DNA of 64,000 bases from Pseudomonadota bacterium (GTDB lineage Bacteria > Desulfobacterota > Binatia > Binatales > Binataceae). The DNA is taken from positions 1,049 to 65,048 of the forward strand of contig JAJPIL010000027.1 in the NCBI GenBank assembly GCA_021324755.1, in the 5' to 3' direction. This document shows positions 41,984 to 52,389 of this stretch, piece by piece; position 1 is the stretch's first letter, and every line of letters starts with the position of its first letter. Under the pieces are notes generated by a model. The model was not told where the DNA came from. It ran no database searches and was given only the letters and a program-made list of their open reading frames with translations. Both the position numbers and the translations under genes were made by a program.

Positions 41984-43147
41984 ATGGATAACAAGCAAAG
42001 CATCTTCAAGACCTTAGTGAGCGTCGCCGCGTTGGCCGCTTTTTGCATAATCGGCGCGCCCGGTGCCTCAACGCAAACGAGCTGGAAGGTTTTGGCTTAC
42101 TACGGCGGAAAAGACGATTCTTCCGCGTACGCCGACGCGGAGAATCCGGCAGTCAGGGAAGAGACGTGGGTTTCGCCCGCACCAGTTGGGGATTACGCTA
42201 TCGGGGCGATAATGCCTCAACTTTTCAATGATCCTTACTGGCTGGCGGTCACGTACGGAATCGTCGAAGAAGGGCGACGGCTTGGCCTTGACGTCAGCCT
42301 GTCGGCCGAGGGAGAGATCGGGAAGATCTCGCTGCAAATCAGAAGGGTAGAAGAGCGAATGAATCGACTACTGGACGGGGCAATTCTCGCTGCGGCCAAT
42401 TACCCAGCCACTAATGAGGTGGTGGCTAAAGTGACCGCTCAAGGAATCCCAGTCCTTGCTTTAGTAAAGGGGCGTAATCCCTCGAAAATTTTAGCCAAGG
42501 TTGAGGTCTCTCCCCGTCGCAGAGGTTATCTGGCGGGAACTTTCGTCGCGCATCAAGCGACCAGTAGGACTGCGCCTGTCGATGTAGTTATTTTGGCGGG
42601 GCCAGCCGGCTCCGATTGGGCCCCATCTATAGCGGAAGGTTTTAGACGAGCTGTAAATAAATTGGCTCCCGGCAAGATTCGCATATTGGACGAAAGATGG
42701 GGCGACATGGACAAATACATACAGCTCGAACTGGTAGAGAGCGCGCTGGCTGCTTTTAAGCACATCGACTACCTTATCTGCAATGCTGTTGCCGCCGAGG
42801 TCGCTCCCGCAGCGATAGAAGCCGCAGGTAGAACTAAAGAAGTGAAAGTGATTTCCGCGTACATTACACCGACAGTCTGGAAACAGGTGGCGTTCGGCAA
42901 GATAGCGGCCGCGATAGTCGGTTTTCCGGTACTTCAGGGCAAGATGGCGGTGGACATGCTCGCGATGTTGCTCCAGGGCAAACAGGTCGGCAAGCAGGTT
43001 CCCCTGTGCGCGGGTCCGAAGCTTGCCCTGTTAACGCCCGATAATTATATGGTTTTTCCGACCGATGGACTTTTTGCGCCGCAGCACTGGCGGCCAGTGT
43101 TCGCTTTGAATGCGGGCACGGAAAGTACAGAGCCAACCATTCCGTAA
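41984..43147 (+). CDS. TorT-like periplasmic solute-binding protein (type I PBP)
   Basis: Signal peptide after ATG 41984; DPYWLAVTYG..EE..RLG resembles TorT DSYWLS.NYG; GPAGSDW, WGD..K..Q..LVE, NAVAAE. Confidence 0.75.
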   Translation: MDNKQSIFKTLVSVAALAAFCIIGAPGASTQTSWKVLAYYGGKDDSSAYADAENPAVREETWVSPAPVGDYAIGAIMPQLFNDPYWLAVTYGIVEEGRRLGLDVSLSAEGEIGKISLQIRRVEERMNRLLDGAILAAANYPATNEVVAKVTAQGIPVLALVKGRNPSKILAKVEVSPRRRGYLAGTFVAHQATSRTAPVDVVILAGPAGSDWAPSIAEGFRRAVNKLAPGKIRILDERWGDMDKYIQLELVESALAAFKHIDYLICNAVAAEVAPAAIEAAGRTKEVKVISAYITPTVWKQVAFGKIAAAIVGFPVLQGKMAVDMLAMLLQGKQVGKQVPLCAGPKLALLTPDNYMVFPTDGLFAPQHWRPVFALNAGTESTEPTIP

Positions 43148-43317
43148 AGCGCAAGGGTCATCTCACCCCCGAAGCAGATCGGCTAAATCGACGAATTTGT
43201 GAACCACGAAAGCGCCCGACATTGCCGCGTAATTAAACGCGAAAATTCGCTCCACGAAACTCGGGCGGCGCAAGTTCGGGGTGTACCTCGCGCACCGGTT
43301 AAAGCGGCTCGTTCGAC

Positions 43318-44850
43318 TTAACGCCTCTCCAAGTGCTTGAGAAGTCTAAGCTGACCGCTATCGCCCGGAAGCAGGTGGGCTTTGCGCAGCGATTCGCCCG
43401 TGGCCTCCTCGTATGCGGCCCTGGCTACCTCGTAAGCGTACAGTGAATTGATATACCGCACGGAGTCTGCCACAAAACGCTGCTCGGCCACCTGTACGTC
43501 CACGGTATTACCGAGCTGGCGCCGGTAACGTACTTGAGCGAGCTCGTACTCGAGTTGGGAGGCGTCACGAGCTGCCTTCGCGGCGCGAATCTCGTCCAGC
43601 GAAGCCTGCCAGTTGAGCAAGGCCGTCTGAGTCTCTAGGATGATTCGCTGCTCGGTGTCTTCGAGGGCGTGACGAAAAGCCTCCTTGCGATATTTTGCTT
43701 CTGCCACCTGGCTTACCGTTTCGAAGCCGTTGAAAATCGGCCAGTTAGCGACCAGACCGACCGCATAATTAGGCACCGAACTCATCCCTGGACCAGGCTG
43801 GCCACCATAGCCGACCTGCATGTAGTTGCCATAAGCGTAAAGCGTGGGGAAGAAATCGCTACGCGCTTGCACTATCTGCCGGTCAGCAGCCTGGATAAGA
43901 TCCTCCAACATAGTGATATCAGGTCTAAGTTTAAAGGCGAGCTTTACCGCATCCTCCACCTTTTGCGTTATAGGGCGGTCGCTCCATACGGCCCGAAGCC
44001 GATAGGGCGGCGCCGCGCCGCTGAGCCCCATCGCGTTATCCAGCGCGACTTTGGCGTCAGCCTCGGCGTTAAGCGCCTCCACCAGATGAAATCGCGCGCG
44101 CTCGAGGTCCGACTTGAAAACGTAGACGTCAAGCTTGGGTCGAAGGTCAGTTCGTGCGAGGATCTCGGCCAAGCGCATCTCTTCGTTACGCGCGTTGACC
44201 GCCTCCTGGTAGACGCGCACGATCTCGTGGGTTGCCAAAAGCCACCAGTATCGCTTTTCGACCTCGAAGATTATCTCGAGCTCAGTAAAAGCGAGCTTGG
44301 CCACGGCTGCGTCATGCTCGTACTTGCGCTGGTCGATAAAGCCGCGTACTCGGCCGAAGTCGTAAAGCCATTGAGAAAAGTTAATCCCCGAGAAATATGT
44401 CGACTGGATCCGGGAAAGGCTCCACGATGGACTGGTAGGTTGGTTGATTTCGCCGGTCCCCCGAGGATTAAACCCAAAGGGCACTGTGCTGAGCAAAACA
44501 TTAGCCGCGCCGACGCTGTTTGCAGTGCCATTCAAGTTTTGCAGCGTGCCGTACACTTGGGTGAGCGCCGCTGATCTCGCCTCTCCTACCTTTGCTGTTG
44601 CCACTCCCACTTCCGAGCGTCTTTGAAGTATTCGCGGGTGGTAATGCAGCGCAATCTGGATAGCGCGCTCGAGCGTAAGTTCGGAATTCGGCTTTATCGG
44701 CATCTCAGCCGGTTGCATCGGCACTTTGTCGGACTTTATCGCAAGCTGGTTAGGTGTAACGGGCAAACGGCGCGGTTCGATCGGAACTTCCTGGGCGGTG
44801 GCCACCCCAGCAGAAAGGGCGACCAGCGTGATTATTATAAGTATCAGCAT
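43318..44850 (-). CDS. TolC-family outer membrane efflux protein
   Basis: Signal peptide, LTLERAIQIAL, LYDFG, RPD, PIFNG, two OEP repeats. Confidence 0.92.
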   Translation of the reverse strand: MLILIIITLVALSAGVATAQEVPIEPRRLPVTPNQLAIKSDKVPMQPAEMPIKPNSELTLERAIQIALHYHPRILQRRSEVGVATAKVGEARSAALTQVYGTLQNLNGTANSVGAANVLLSTVPFGFNPRGTGEINQPTSPSWSLSRIQSTYFSGINFSQWLYDFGRVRGFIDQRKYEHDAAVAKLAFTELEIIFEVEKRYWWLLATHEIVRVYQEAVNARNEEMRLAEILARTDLRPKLDVYVFKSDLERARFHLVEALNAEADAKVALDNAMGLSGAAPPYRLRAVWSDRPITQKVEDAVKLAFKLRPDITMLEDLIQAADRQIVQARSDFFPTLYAYGNYMQVGYGGQPGPGMSSVPNYAVGLVANWPIFNGFETVSQVAEAKYRKEAFRHALEDTEQRIILETQTALLNWQASLDEIRAAKAARDASQLEYELAQVRYRRQLGNTVDVQVAEQRFVADSVRYINSLYAYEVARAAYEEATGESLRKAHLLPGDSGQLRLLKHLERR

Positions 44851-44889
44851 GGCTGATAGCGCTCTACTTTCGTGTTTTTTGCGTCGTGT

Positions 44890-46095
44890 CTACCTAGTTG
44901 GCGCGGTCGTCGTTGGCCGTGAAGACCCACCATCCTCGATACCCCATACGCGCACCTTGATCGGTACAGGCTTGACGACAGTGCCGTCAGCAAGGGATTC
45001 GTCAAGAGGGTAGGCGACCATTTGGTCGTCCCTAAGACCGGACGTAATCTCGATCATCCGTCCGTCGCTATATCCGGTTTTCACTGGCACTCTACGGATA
45101 CGGTTGTTCTCCACGACCTGAACGTAGGCGTTCGTGACCGTGACGCCAAGGGTGCCAGCAAGTCCGCCCACAGACTTTATTGGGAGTTGGATGGCGTGCG
45201 GATGGCGGTCGAGCTCGAGCGTTACATCAGCGTACATACGCGGATAGTATTTGTGTTCGGGGTTTTTGATATCGATTTCGGTTAACATCGTGCGCGTGGC
45301 TAGGTCTAAAGCTGTTTGGATTCGGGTGACATTTGCGTAAATCGGTTGTTGCGGCATGGCACGCAACACAATACGGGCGGGAGTTCCCGGATGCACGAAA
45401 TAACTTTCTTGCTCTGGCGTGTATACGTATACGCGCATTGTGTCGATGATCGCCTCCGACAGTATCACTCGGGCTCCACCTAGATGACCTCCCGCTCCTT
45501 CGAGAGCTCCGGTGCTAACTTCAGCGCCCGTGTGCGCGATGCCGAAGTCTCCGCCGCCAGCCCTGATGAGCGTCCCTGGGTCGACGTACCGACCGGTGAT
45601 TACCCCGTCGAAGGGCGCGTAAATTTTAGTGTAGCCAACCATCGCTTCGAGCTCGTGCACATTGGCTTTGGAAATCTCTTCTTTCGCGTAGGCGATGTCA
45701 ACGGTCTCTTTGGCAATTAGACGGTCGTCAAAGTCACGCGCCTCCTTGAGCCGGATCCAGGTGAGCCAGTCGATCTGGTGTCTTGCTCGCGCGCGCTGGA
45801 GGTTAGCTTCCAGCTCTGGTACCCAGATTTTAGCCAACAGTTGGCCTTTCTTGACCCAGTCGCCTTTGTCGACACGCAGGTCCTCCAGATAGCCTGTGAC
45901 CTTGGCATAAATTGGGGCTTCGTAGTATCCGACGAGGTCACCTGGCAGCGTAATCGTGCGGACCGCGTCACGACGAACCGGGTGAATGACCGCCACTTCG
46001 AACGTCTTCTTGCTGGTCGTTTCGGTCTTGGTGCATCCCGCAAGGATGAGCGTCACCAACAATCCTAGTGTGATTGCGAGTCTAGAGCGCCTCAT
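44890..46095 (-). CDS. RND membrane fusion protein (lipoprotein)
   Basis: LAGC lipobox, AKVTGYL..VDKGDWVKKGQLL, IYAPFDGVIT. Confidence 0.93.
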   Translation of the reverse strand: MRRSRLAITLGLLVTLILAGCTKTETTSKKTFEVAVIHPVRRDAVRTITLPGDLVGYYEAPIYAKVTGYLEDLRVDKGDWVKKGQLLAKIWVPELEANLQRARARHQIDWLTWIRLKEARDFDDRLIAKETVDIAYAKEEISKANVHELEAMVGYTKIYAPFDGVITGRYVDPGTLIRAGGGDFGIAHTGAEVSTGALEGAGGHLGGARVILSEAIIDTMRVYVYTPEQESYFVHPGTPARIVLRAMPQQPIYANVTRIQTALDLATRTMLTEIDIKNPEHKYYPRMYADVTLELDRHPHAIQLPIKSVGGLAGTLGVTVTNAYVQVVENNRIRRVPVKTGYSDGRMIEITSGLRDDQMVAYPLDESLADGTVVKPVPIKVRVWGIEDGGSSRPTTTAPTR

Positions 46096-49000
46096 TTTTT
46101 GCCCTCCCGACGCGCGTGAAAGAACTCATAAACCGCAGGCACTAAAAACAGCGTAAAGATCGTCGATACCAGAAGCCCGCCGGCTGCCGCTCGCGCCAGC
46201 GGCGCCGACGCCTCCGAGCCCCTCTCCAGCGCTAGAGCCATCGGGATGAGGCCCATGATGGTGGCCAAAGCGGTCATCAGTATCGGACGCATTCTGATAC
46301 GCGCCGCTTCGACCACGGCCTGGCGCAACGGATGGCCGGCACGCAGACGGACGTTGGCAAAATCGACAAAAAGAATGGAGTTCGATACGACAATTCCTAT
46401 CATGAAGATGATGCCCATGAACGACTCGATATTGAGCGTGGTATGGGTGAGAAAGAGCGTCCAGACAACGCCAACCAGACCCATCGGCACGGCGAACATG
46501 ATAATGAACGGGTCGAGAAACGACCTAAACTGCGCCACCATAACTAAGTAAAGCAGCACAGTTGCCAGTATCATTCCGTAGCCGAAGCTGACAAGCGATT
46601 TCTGCATCGATTCTACCGAACCGCGGTACTCGATGCTGATGTCGCGAGGCAGCTTCAAGGGAGCGAGACGCTTTTTTACGGCACTTAGGGTGCCGCCCAG
46701 ATCCTCCGTAGTAGGATCGACCAGAACATCTACCACCCGCTGAATATTGTAGTGATCAGCTTCGGCTGGCATGCTTGTAGACTCGACATCCGCCACCATT
46801 CGAAGCGTTATCGATTGTTCGTGACCACTGCCAGTGCCCCAGGGCCGGTTGAGCGTTCCATGTCCCACAGGGATGTCGAGCAGCGAATCGAGAGAGTTGA
46901 TGTCCTGTTCCCGGTACTGCGACGAAAGAAAGTAGAGCTGGCCGAAGTCAGGGTTAATCCACACGTTGCGAGCGATCATCATGTTGTTGTTGATCGCGGT
47001 AATGAGGTTGTTGACCACGTCCAAGGCGCTGACACCAAGCCGCGCCGCCCGGACTCTGTCGATTTTGACGTGAAGCGTAGGATAGCCACCCACCTGTTGA
47101 AGAAACGCATCTTTGACTTCTGGTACCGTGCTAAGCAGATTGCGCACTTGCTGACCGATCTTGAATATGTAGTCCCAGCTGTAGTTCATGGGAGCTATGA
47201 TCTGGGCGTCGATCGCGGCCAAGCTGCCGAAATTCAACACCGCGTCGACTATGCTGGCCGAGCTGAAGAAAATTTTTACTTCTGGCATCTCCTTACGGAT
47301 CGCCTCGCGTACCTGGTCCATGTATTTGAAGGTCGAGCCTTTATGCTCATGTGTAAGCCCGACAAATATTTGTCCCGTGTCTTCGGTCGAGTTGACCATG
47401 TACATGGCGGTCATCGTGGGAGGTACGCCAAGGTTGGCGACGACCGTATCGAGGTCTTCTGGCGGAATAATCCGGCGGATTATTTTGTCGATATGTTGAG
47501 CAGCTTCCGTGGTGAGCTCGAGCCGCGTTCCAGTAGGCATCCTTAAGTTGATGATGAACTTCCCGGCGTCTACGCGCGGGAAATACTGCGTCCCTAGACG
47601 TGGCACAAGCATCATCGAGGCCACGAAAATCAAAGCGATAGTGCCGATAAGCAAAAGTTTGTGATCGAGCGCCTTGGTGAGTGCTCGCTCGTAGGCGTGA
47701 GCAAATCGCGCGTAATAACGGTTGAAGATAACAAAGACGTTTCGGCTCCCTTCTCCTGCTGCGCCGCCGTGAGCCATCGCTTCGAGCCTTTGCGCTTCTT
47801 CGGTTCGCAAAAAGCGGCGACTGTAGATAGGAACTAGCGTCATTGCTACTCCGTAGGAGGCGAACATCGCCAGCGTCAGCGCCAGCGCCAAAGCGCTGAA
47901 CATGTACTTTGCAAGGCCATAAAGAAATATCACGGGGAAGAAAACTATTACGGTGGTGACGGTGGCGGCCAAAACGGCTAGCGACACTTCGTTTGCGCCC
48001 TCGAGCGCCGCTTTCTCGGGTGTTGCGCCCTCGGCAAGATGGCGGTTGATGTTTTCGATGACCACGACCGAGTTATCGATTAGGCGGCCGACCGCCAAGG
48101 TGAAGCCACCCAGGGTCATGATATTGAGCGTTGCCCCTAGCATGTAGATTATGAACCCGGCGGCGAGAATCGAGATGGGGATCGAGAGCGTCATCACAAA
48201 GGTCGACCTGAAGCTGCCGAGAAAAAGCAAAATCATGAGGGCGGCGAGAATCGTTCCCGAGCCCGCCTCGCGCTCGAGCGAATTGAGCGCGTCGAGGATT
48301 ACGTCGATCTGGCTAAAAATCGCCTTGAGTTTCATTCCTGCGGGCATCCCCGTGATATGGGGTAACAACTCTTCGACGCCTCTTACCACTGCCACGGTAT
48401 TGGCTCCAGGCTGCTTGAGTACGCCTACGTATACGCCGGGCTGGCCGTCGATCAGCACCTTGTTGTATTGAAGCTCTGCGTCCAGCTCGCCACTGCCCAC
48501 ATCACCGTAATACAGCGGCGCCTGATTGGCTCCGATCTTTACCGGCACAGGGTTGAGTTGACGAGGATGAGGAATCTTGAGGTCGGTGGTCACAAAATAG
48601 TCGAGATTGCCAATTTTGGCGTCGCCGGATGGATAGACCTGACTTTGCCCGTTGAGCGCATTGACCACGTCCCAAGGTGTTATTCCCCGGGCCTGGAGAT
48701 CTGGACGTGTGATATAGGTCATGACCTGGGGGATCTTGCCGCCGAACGGATAGGGCGCCTCGGCCCCCTCGACAGTGCCTAAAAAGTTGCGGACGTTAAA
48801 GCGCGCCTGGTCCATGAGCTGTGTTTCATTGAACGGTCCAGAGACGGCGACCAGCAGAACCGGAATAGCGGTCTCCGGTCCATACTCAAGCACTATCGGT
48901 GGTTGGGCATGTGGGGGCAGAAAAAATAGGTCAGACATCGCCAGGACCGCGATGTCCGCGGTCGCACCGTCGAGCTGAACGTCGTCGTGGAAGTAAACGT

Positions 49001-49268
49001 TTATGATGCTGTTGCCGTAAAGGGAGCGCGAAGTAATGTACTTTATGCCGGTGCCGAGCGTAAAAAAGCGCTCATCTACCGAGGTAATCGCATATTCGAT
49101 GTCGACCGGAGAGTAGCCAGGGAAGATGGTGTCTACTGCGCATGCCTTGATGTTGAGGTTCGGAAAGATGTCAATCGGGATGCGAGCAAAAGCGGTGGCG
49201 CCAAGAATACTGGCGATCAACAAGACCACAATAATAAAGTGCGGATTGCGAAGGGCAAAACCAGGCAT
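46092..49268 (-). CDS. RND efflux permease (AcrB/CusA/NolG-like)
   Basis: 1058 aa, IPIDIFP, LNIMTLGG..AVG.L.D....ENI, RMRPILMT, TLFLVP. Confidence 0.95.
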   Translation of the reverse strand: MPGFALRNPHFIIVVLLIASILGATAFARIPIDIFPNLNIKACAVDTIFPGYSPVDIEYAITSVDERFFTLGTGIKYITSRSLYGNSIINVYFHDDVQLDGATADIAVLAMSDLFFLPPHAQPPIVLEYGPETAIPVLLVAVSGPFNETQLMDQARFNVRNFLGTVEGAEAPYPFGGKIPQVMTYITRPDLQARGITPWDVVNALNGQSQVYPSGDAKIGNLDYFVTTDLKIPHPRQLNPVPVKIGANQAPLYYGDVGSGELDAELQYNKVLIDGQPGVYVGVLKQPGANTVAVVRGVEELLPHITGMPAGMKLKAIFSQIDVILDALNSLEREAGSGTILAALMILLFLGSFRSTFVMTLSIPISILAAGFIIYMLGATLNIMTLGGFTLAVGRLIDNSVVVIENINRHLAEGATPEKAALEGANEVSLAVLAATVTTVIVFFPVIFLYGLAKYMFSALALALTLAMFASYGVAMTLVPIYSRRFLRTEEAQRLEAMAHGGAAGEGSRNVFVIFNRYYARFAHAYERALTKALDHKLLLIGTIALIFVASMMLVPRLGTQYFPRVDAGKFIINLRMPTGTRLELTTEAAQHIDKIIRRIIPPEDLDTVVANLGVPPTMTAMYMVNSTEDTGQIFVGLTHEHKGSTFKYMDQVREAIRKEMPEVKIFFSSASIVDAVLNFGSLAAIDAQIIAPMNYSWDYIFKIGQQVRNLLSTVPEVKDAFLQQVGGYPTLHVKIDRVRAARLGVSALDVVNNLITAINNNMMIARNVWINPDFGQLYFLSSQYREQDINSLDSLLDIPVGHGTLNRPWGTGSGHEQSITLRMVADVESTSMPAEADHYNIQRVVDVLVDPTTEDLGGTLSAVKKRLAPLKLPRDISIEYRGSVESMQKSLVSFGYGMILATVLLYLVMVAQFRSFLDPFIIMFAVPMGLVGVVWTLFLTHTTLNIESFMGIIFMIGIVVSNSILFVDFANVRLRAGHPLRQAVVEAARIRMRPILMTALATIMGLIPMALALERGSEASAPLARAAAGGLLVSTIFTLFLVPAVYEFFHARREGKK

Positions 49269-50731
49269 GACTAGTGATCCTCCCTTGTCGACGCAAGCGA
49301 CTTCTTTCGGCTGGCGCTGAAGACGGTGTTGCTTCTAGGTTGATCTTCCACTTTCGCGCGATTGTGCCCCTAATATGAGGCACACAATCTAGTTAACATG
49401 AGCGGACACCGCCGAGCTTCATCGCTAAGCCCTAAAGCGAAAGCTTCAAAGTCGCTCAAAAATGCACACGTGCGTTGGTTGTTGCCGGAGTCCACTCTTG
49501 TGCCTGCAGTCTTTGATGCGCCGGCAAATCGAAAGCTTTTTGAGCATCAGGGTTCGCGATTGCCGCTGCGTACGTAATCTACGTACGTAATCAATCTACC
49601 GCAGACTCATCCTACGTTAAAAACTTGTTCCTATTTTGCCATTCAGCGTGCATGTTTTGCAGCTCGTAGAGCGAACTCGTGAACGTGCGACGAGCTTGAG
49701 ATTTCAACTATTCATGCTCGTGTGATGGCGCTCGGATTTAGCGTAATCCGGACTATGCTTAAGCAAAAGTTTGAACTTCGTCGCCTGCGATTTGTGGAGC
49801 TTTCGATCTTCAAACAAAGGCTTCCCCAATCCCATTGAGGCCAGTTGTTCGAGAACTAGCTTTTCGGATAGGAGTCCACACCAAGACGATAGACGCACAC
49901 CACACGCCGTGAGCCTGCAACCGAGAAAAGCGTTGTGCGCCAGATCGACAGCGGCGACTGAGTCTTTAACGAAAGCTTTACGTGCGAGGTCAGCTACCGC
50001 AAGGCCAGATACCAAAGTAACGCCCCGGACTACGTTTCGAAGGGTTGCTCTTGGAGGTGGCTCATTAAACATGGCTTGGTATGACCCATAAGCCCGCGTT
50101 TTTTAAGTTGCATTCCTCGACATTTGCGGCCGTGTACCTATTCTTCCAGCGACAAGGTTGGGGCTTGGCTCTGCGCTCAGAGCGCGCAATTGGCGCTTGC
50201 AAAATGCCTCTTTGGTTGGCTTCAGCCCTTGATTATCTTTTTGGCCCGTTTTTTACATTTTTTGTAGCTCGCGCACTTAGCTACGATTGTTCGTAGTTTT
50301 TTCGGAGAAAGGCGTTCAGTGAATCACCTAGCGTGAGCAGTGTCAGGCACAATCTAACCGCGACAATGCCGTGGCTTTGCGACAGACGCTTGGCTTCTGC
50401 TGTGGCCGAATACGCACACAGTTTATGAAACCGGTACCAAAGCTTTCAGCGCCCTTGGAGCTCAGCTCAAAGCTTGTCGCGCGCTGTAAGCTGAGGCCCT
50501 TTGAAAAGGTCGCCCAAGCACGTGAAAGGCAAGCTTCTGTTAATACTGCGGACTTGAGCTGGGCGCAAGTCTTTATGCGGCTTTAAGCGCCGTGCAATTC
50601 ACGAAACTGCTGGGAGTAGAAATCGCTACGCCCGGCACCGTGCAGCTAGTCGATGCAACATTCGGTGGAAACGGGAAGACAATTTGGGGCACAGTTATCG
50701 GAGGCAACGGTCGAACGCCGTTTTGCCGTTC

Positions 50732-50764
50732 CCGAAAAAGCCCTGCATTGGCGAGGTTTTTCGG
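50732..50764 (-). terminator. hairpin immediately downstream of tRNA-Arg
   Basis: CCGAAAAA...TTTTTCGG inverted repeat abutting the tRNA 3' end. Confidence 0.5.
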
Positions 50765-50841
50765 TGGCGCGCCAGGCGGGATTCGAACCCACGACCCGCG
50801 GCTTAGAAGGCCGCTGCTCTATCCTGCTGAGCTACTGGCGC
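50765..50841 (-). tRNA. tRNA-Arg(TCT)
   Basis: Minus strand GCGCCAG TA GCTC..GAGC A GCGGC CTTCTAA GCCGC..GTGGG TTCGAAT CCCGC CTGGCGC G CCA. Confidence 0.97.
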
Positions 50842-50844
50842 GAA

Positions 50845-50918
50845 TCGGGGCGAGCCGATTTGAACGGCCGACCCCCTGCTCCCAAGGCAGGTGCGCTACC
50901 AGGCTGCGCTACGCCCCG
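50845..50918 (-). tRNA. tRNA-Pro(TGG), CCA not encoded
   Basis: Minus strand CGGGGCG TA GCGC..GCGC A CCTGC CTTGGGA GCAGG..GGCCG TTCAAAT CGGCT CGCCCCG A. Confidence 0.96.
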
Positions 50919-51135
50919 GCTAGTTGCAAACTGAAACTACGTGAACTTACGATAACCGCTCCCGGCGCAAAAGCGCAAGCCGAAAACAAACCTCGTCGCT
51001 CCGAGTCTCCATCGGCCGGACTAACGCTGACCTTTGCCCGTGCCTTACGTCAAAAGGCATCGCGCAGGCAAACCAAAAATAAGCTTTTACGGCGACGACG
51101 GTGTCTTGAGCGCTTTCACCAGTGGCCGAACGCAC

Positions 51136-51321
51136 TCATTCTTCGATTTTCAAGGCACCCGATGGGCACGCTGCGACCGTAGCTCTAACCTCGTCGTCGG
51201 GCGCGGCGCTCGGTTCGATGACGAATTTACCATTTTCAATGCGAAAGACACGCGGCAGCGTTTTAACGCAGTTAGCCGAATGGATACACACTTTTGAGTC
51301 CCAACTGACTTTTAAAGCCAT
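51136..51321 (-). CDS. small divergent 4Fe-4S cluster protein (YjdI/Fer4_19-like)
   Basis: VSWD..VCIHSANCV..LP.VF...CPSGAL; ATG 51321 with GGGAG RBS. Confidence 0.85.
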   Translation of the reverse strand: MALKVSWDSKVCIHSANCVKTLPRVFRIENGKFVIEPSAAPDDEVRATVAACPSGALKIEE

Positions 51322-51698
51322 GACGATACTTTCTCCCAATCGAAGACTTACGCCCGCGACACTTTCGGTTAAGACGCAACTTCGTTGCTTGCCTCAAGCG
51401 AACGTGACAAGGTCGCTATTAGCTAGTTATTCTGGCGCTTTTGGCAAACTTACTTCAACCAAAGTCGAAGCACTTGTGCGTTGCGTCAGCGTCACGGAAA
51501 GTAAAAGCGTTAGCAGAGCTATCGTGCAAGCGATGGTAACCAATGCCACGGCGCAACCGTTCTGCGCCACGAGCCGGTGCGTATTGCGTAACACGTTCTA
51601 GAACGCCTGAATTAGAGACGCCATGAAAAGCGGAGGCTGGCGTCGATTGTCTTGGGCGAATGGCGCTAGTGTCGAGCCAGGGGCTTTGGTGTGCCGCC

Positions 51699-52184
51699 AT
51701 GATGCACCATCGTAGACTCGTACTCGTCGGATTGGTCGTTTTGCTTCTTCAGGCTGGCCTTATCTGGTATGGGCGCACACGCAATTTAATTTCGGCTCAT
51801 ACGAACATCGCTTTTCCGTCGAACGACAGTCTCGAAGCCAGTGCGATCGAGCTTGAAACAAGGGCAAAGGAAGAGGCTCGGCAATTATTTGCCTCGGAAT
51901 GTGAAACGGTGCCGCAAAACGGCTTGCACTTCGATTGCCATCTCAGTTATCGGCCCGCTTATGGGCCTGGGGGGAAAGTGGCGGTTCAGATCATTGTGGA
52001 GCAAAGGCTAAAGCGCGACGACGGTAAGCACGAAAGAAAGGTGCGCGCCTTGCCACAGGAATTAAGACGCTTGGTGCTGACTTACGCAGCGGTAGATGGT
52101 CGGTGGGTCGAGGTGGAAAAACCCCGATGGGAGGTGCGAGATAAATCACCAACGACGCAAACACAAGTTAGCGCTCGTCGTTAG
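51699..52184 (+). CDS. hypothetical membrane-anchored protein
   Basis: Basic N-terminus plus one TM helix and a soluble domain with two Cys; no recognised motif. Confidence 0.5.
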   Translation: MMHHRRLVLVGLVVLLLQAGLIWYGRTRNLISAHTNIAFPSNDSLEASAIELETRAKEEARQLFASECETVPQNGLHFDCHLSYRPAYGPGGKVAVQIIVEQRLKRDDGKHERKVRALPQELRRLVLTYAAVDGRWVEVEKPRWEVRDKSPTTQTQVSARR

Positions 52185-52389
52185 ACCTCGGGTCGGGAAA
52201 ATGAGACGTTAGCGTTTTTCCGTCTGATACGCGCCCACGCTTTGCTCCTAAGAGCTTGGTTCGGGGCAAGTTTTGGCCTATCTCAGGACGCGATCCTGGC
52301 CCGAAGCCAGACCATCGCCAGCAATTAAAAACGTCTTTTAACTAATCTTTTTGAAGAACGGAGAGGCCGTAGCAATAACTTGACGTGGG

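Noticed and set aside
49704-50586. Several 70-120 aa ORFs upstream of the RND operon
   Set aside because: No motifs or clear RBS, and they overlap on opposite strands.
50592-51182. 196-aa and 93-aa plus-strand ORFs (GAPGGIRTHDPRLRRPLLYPAEL)
   Set aside because: These are antisense translations of the two tRNA genes.
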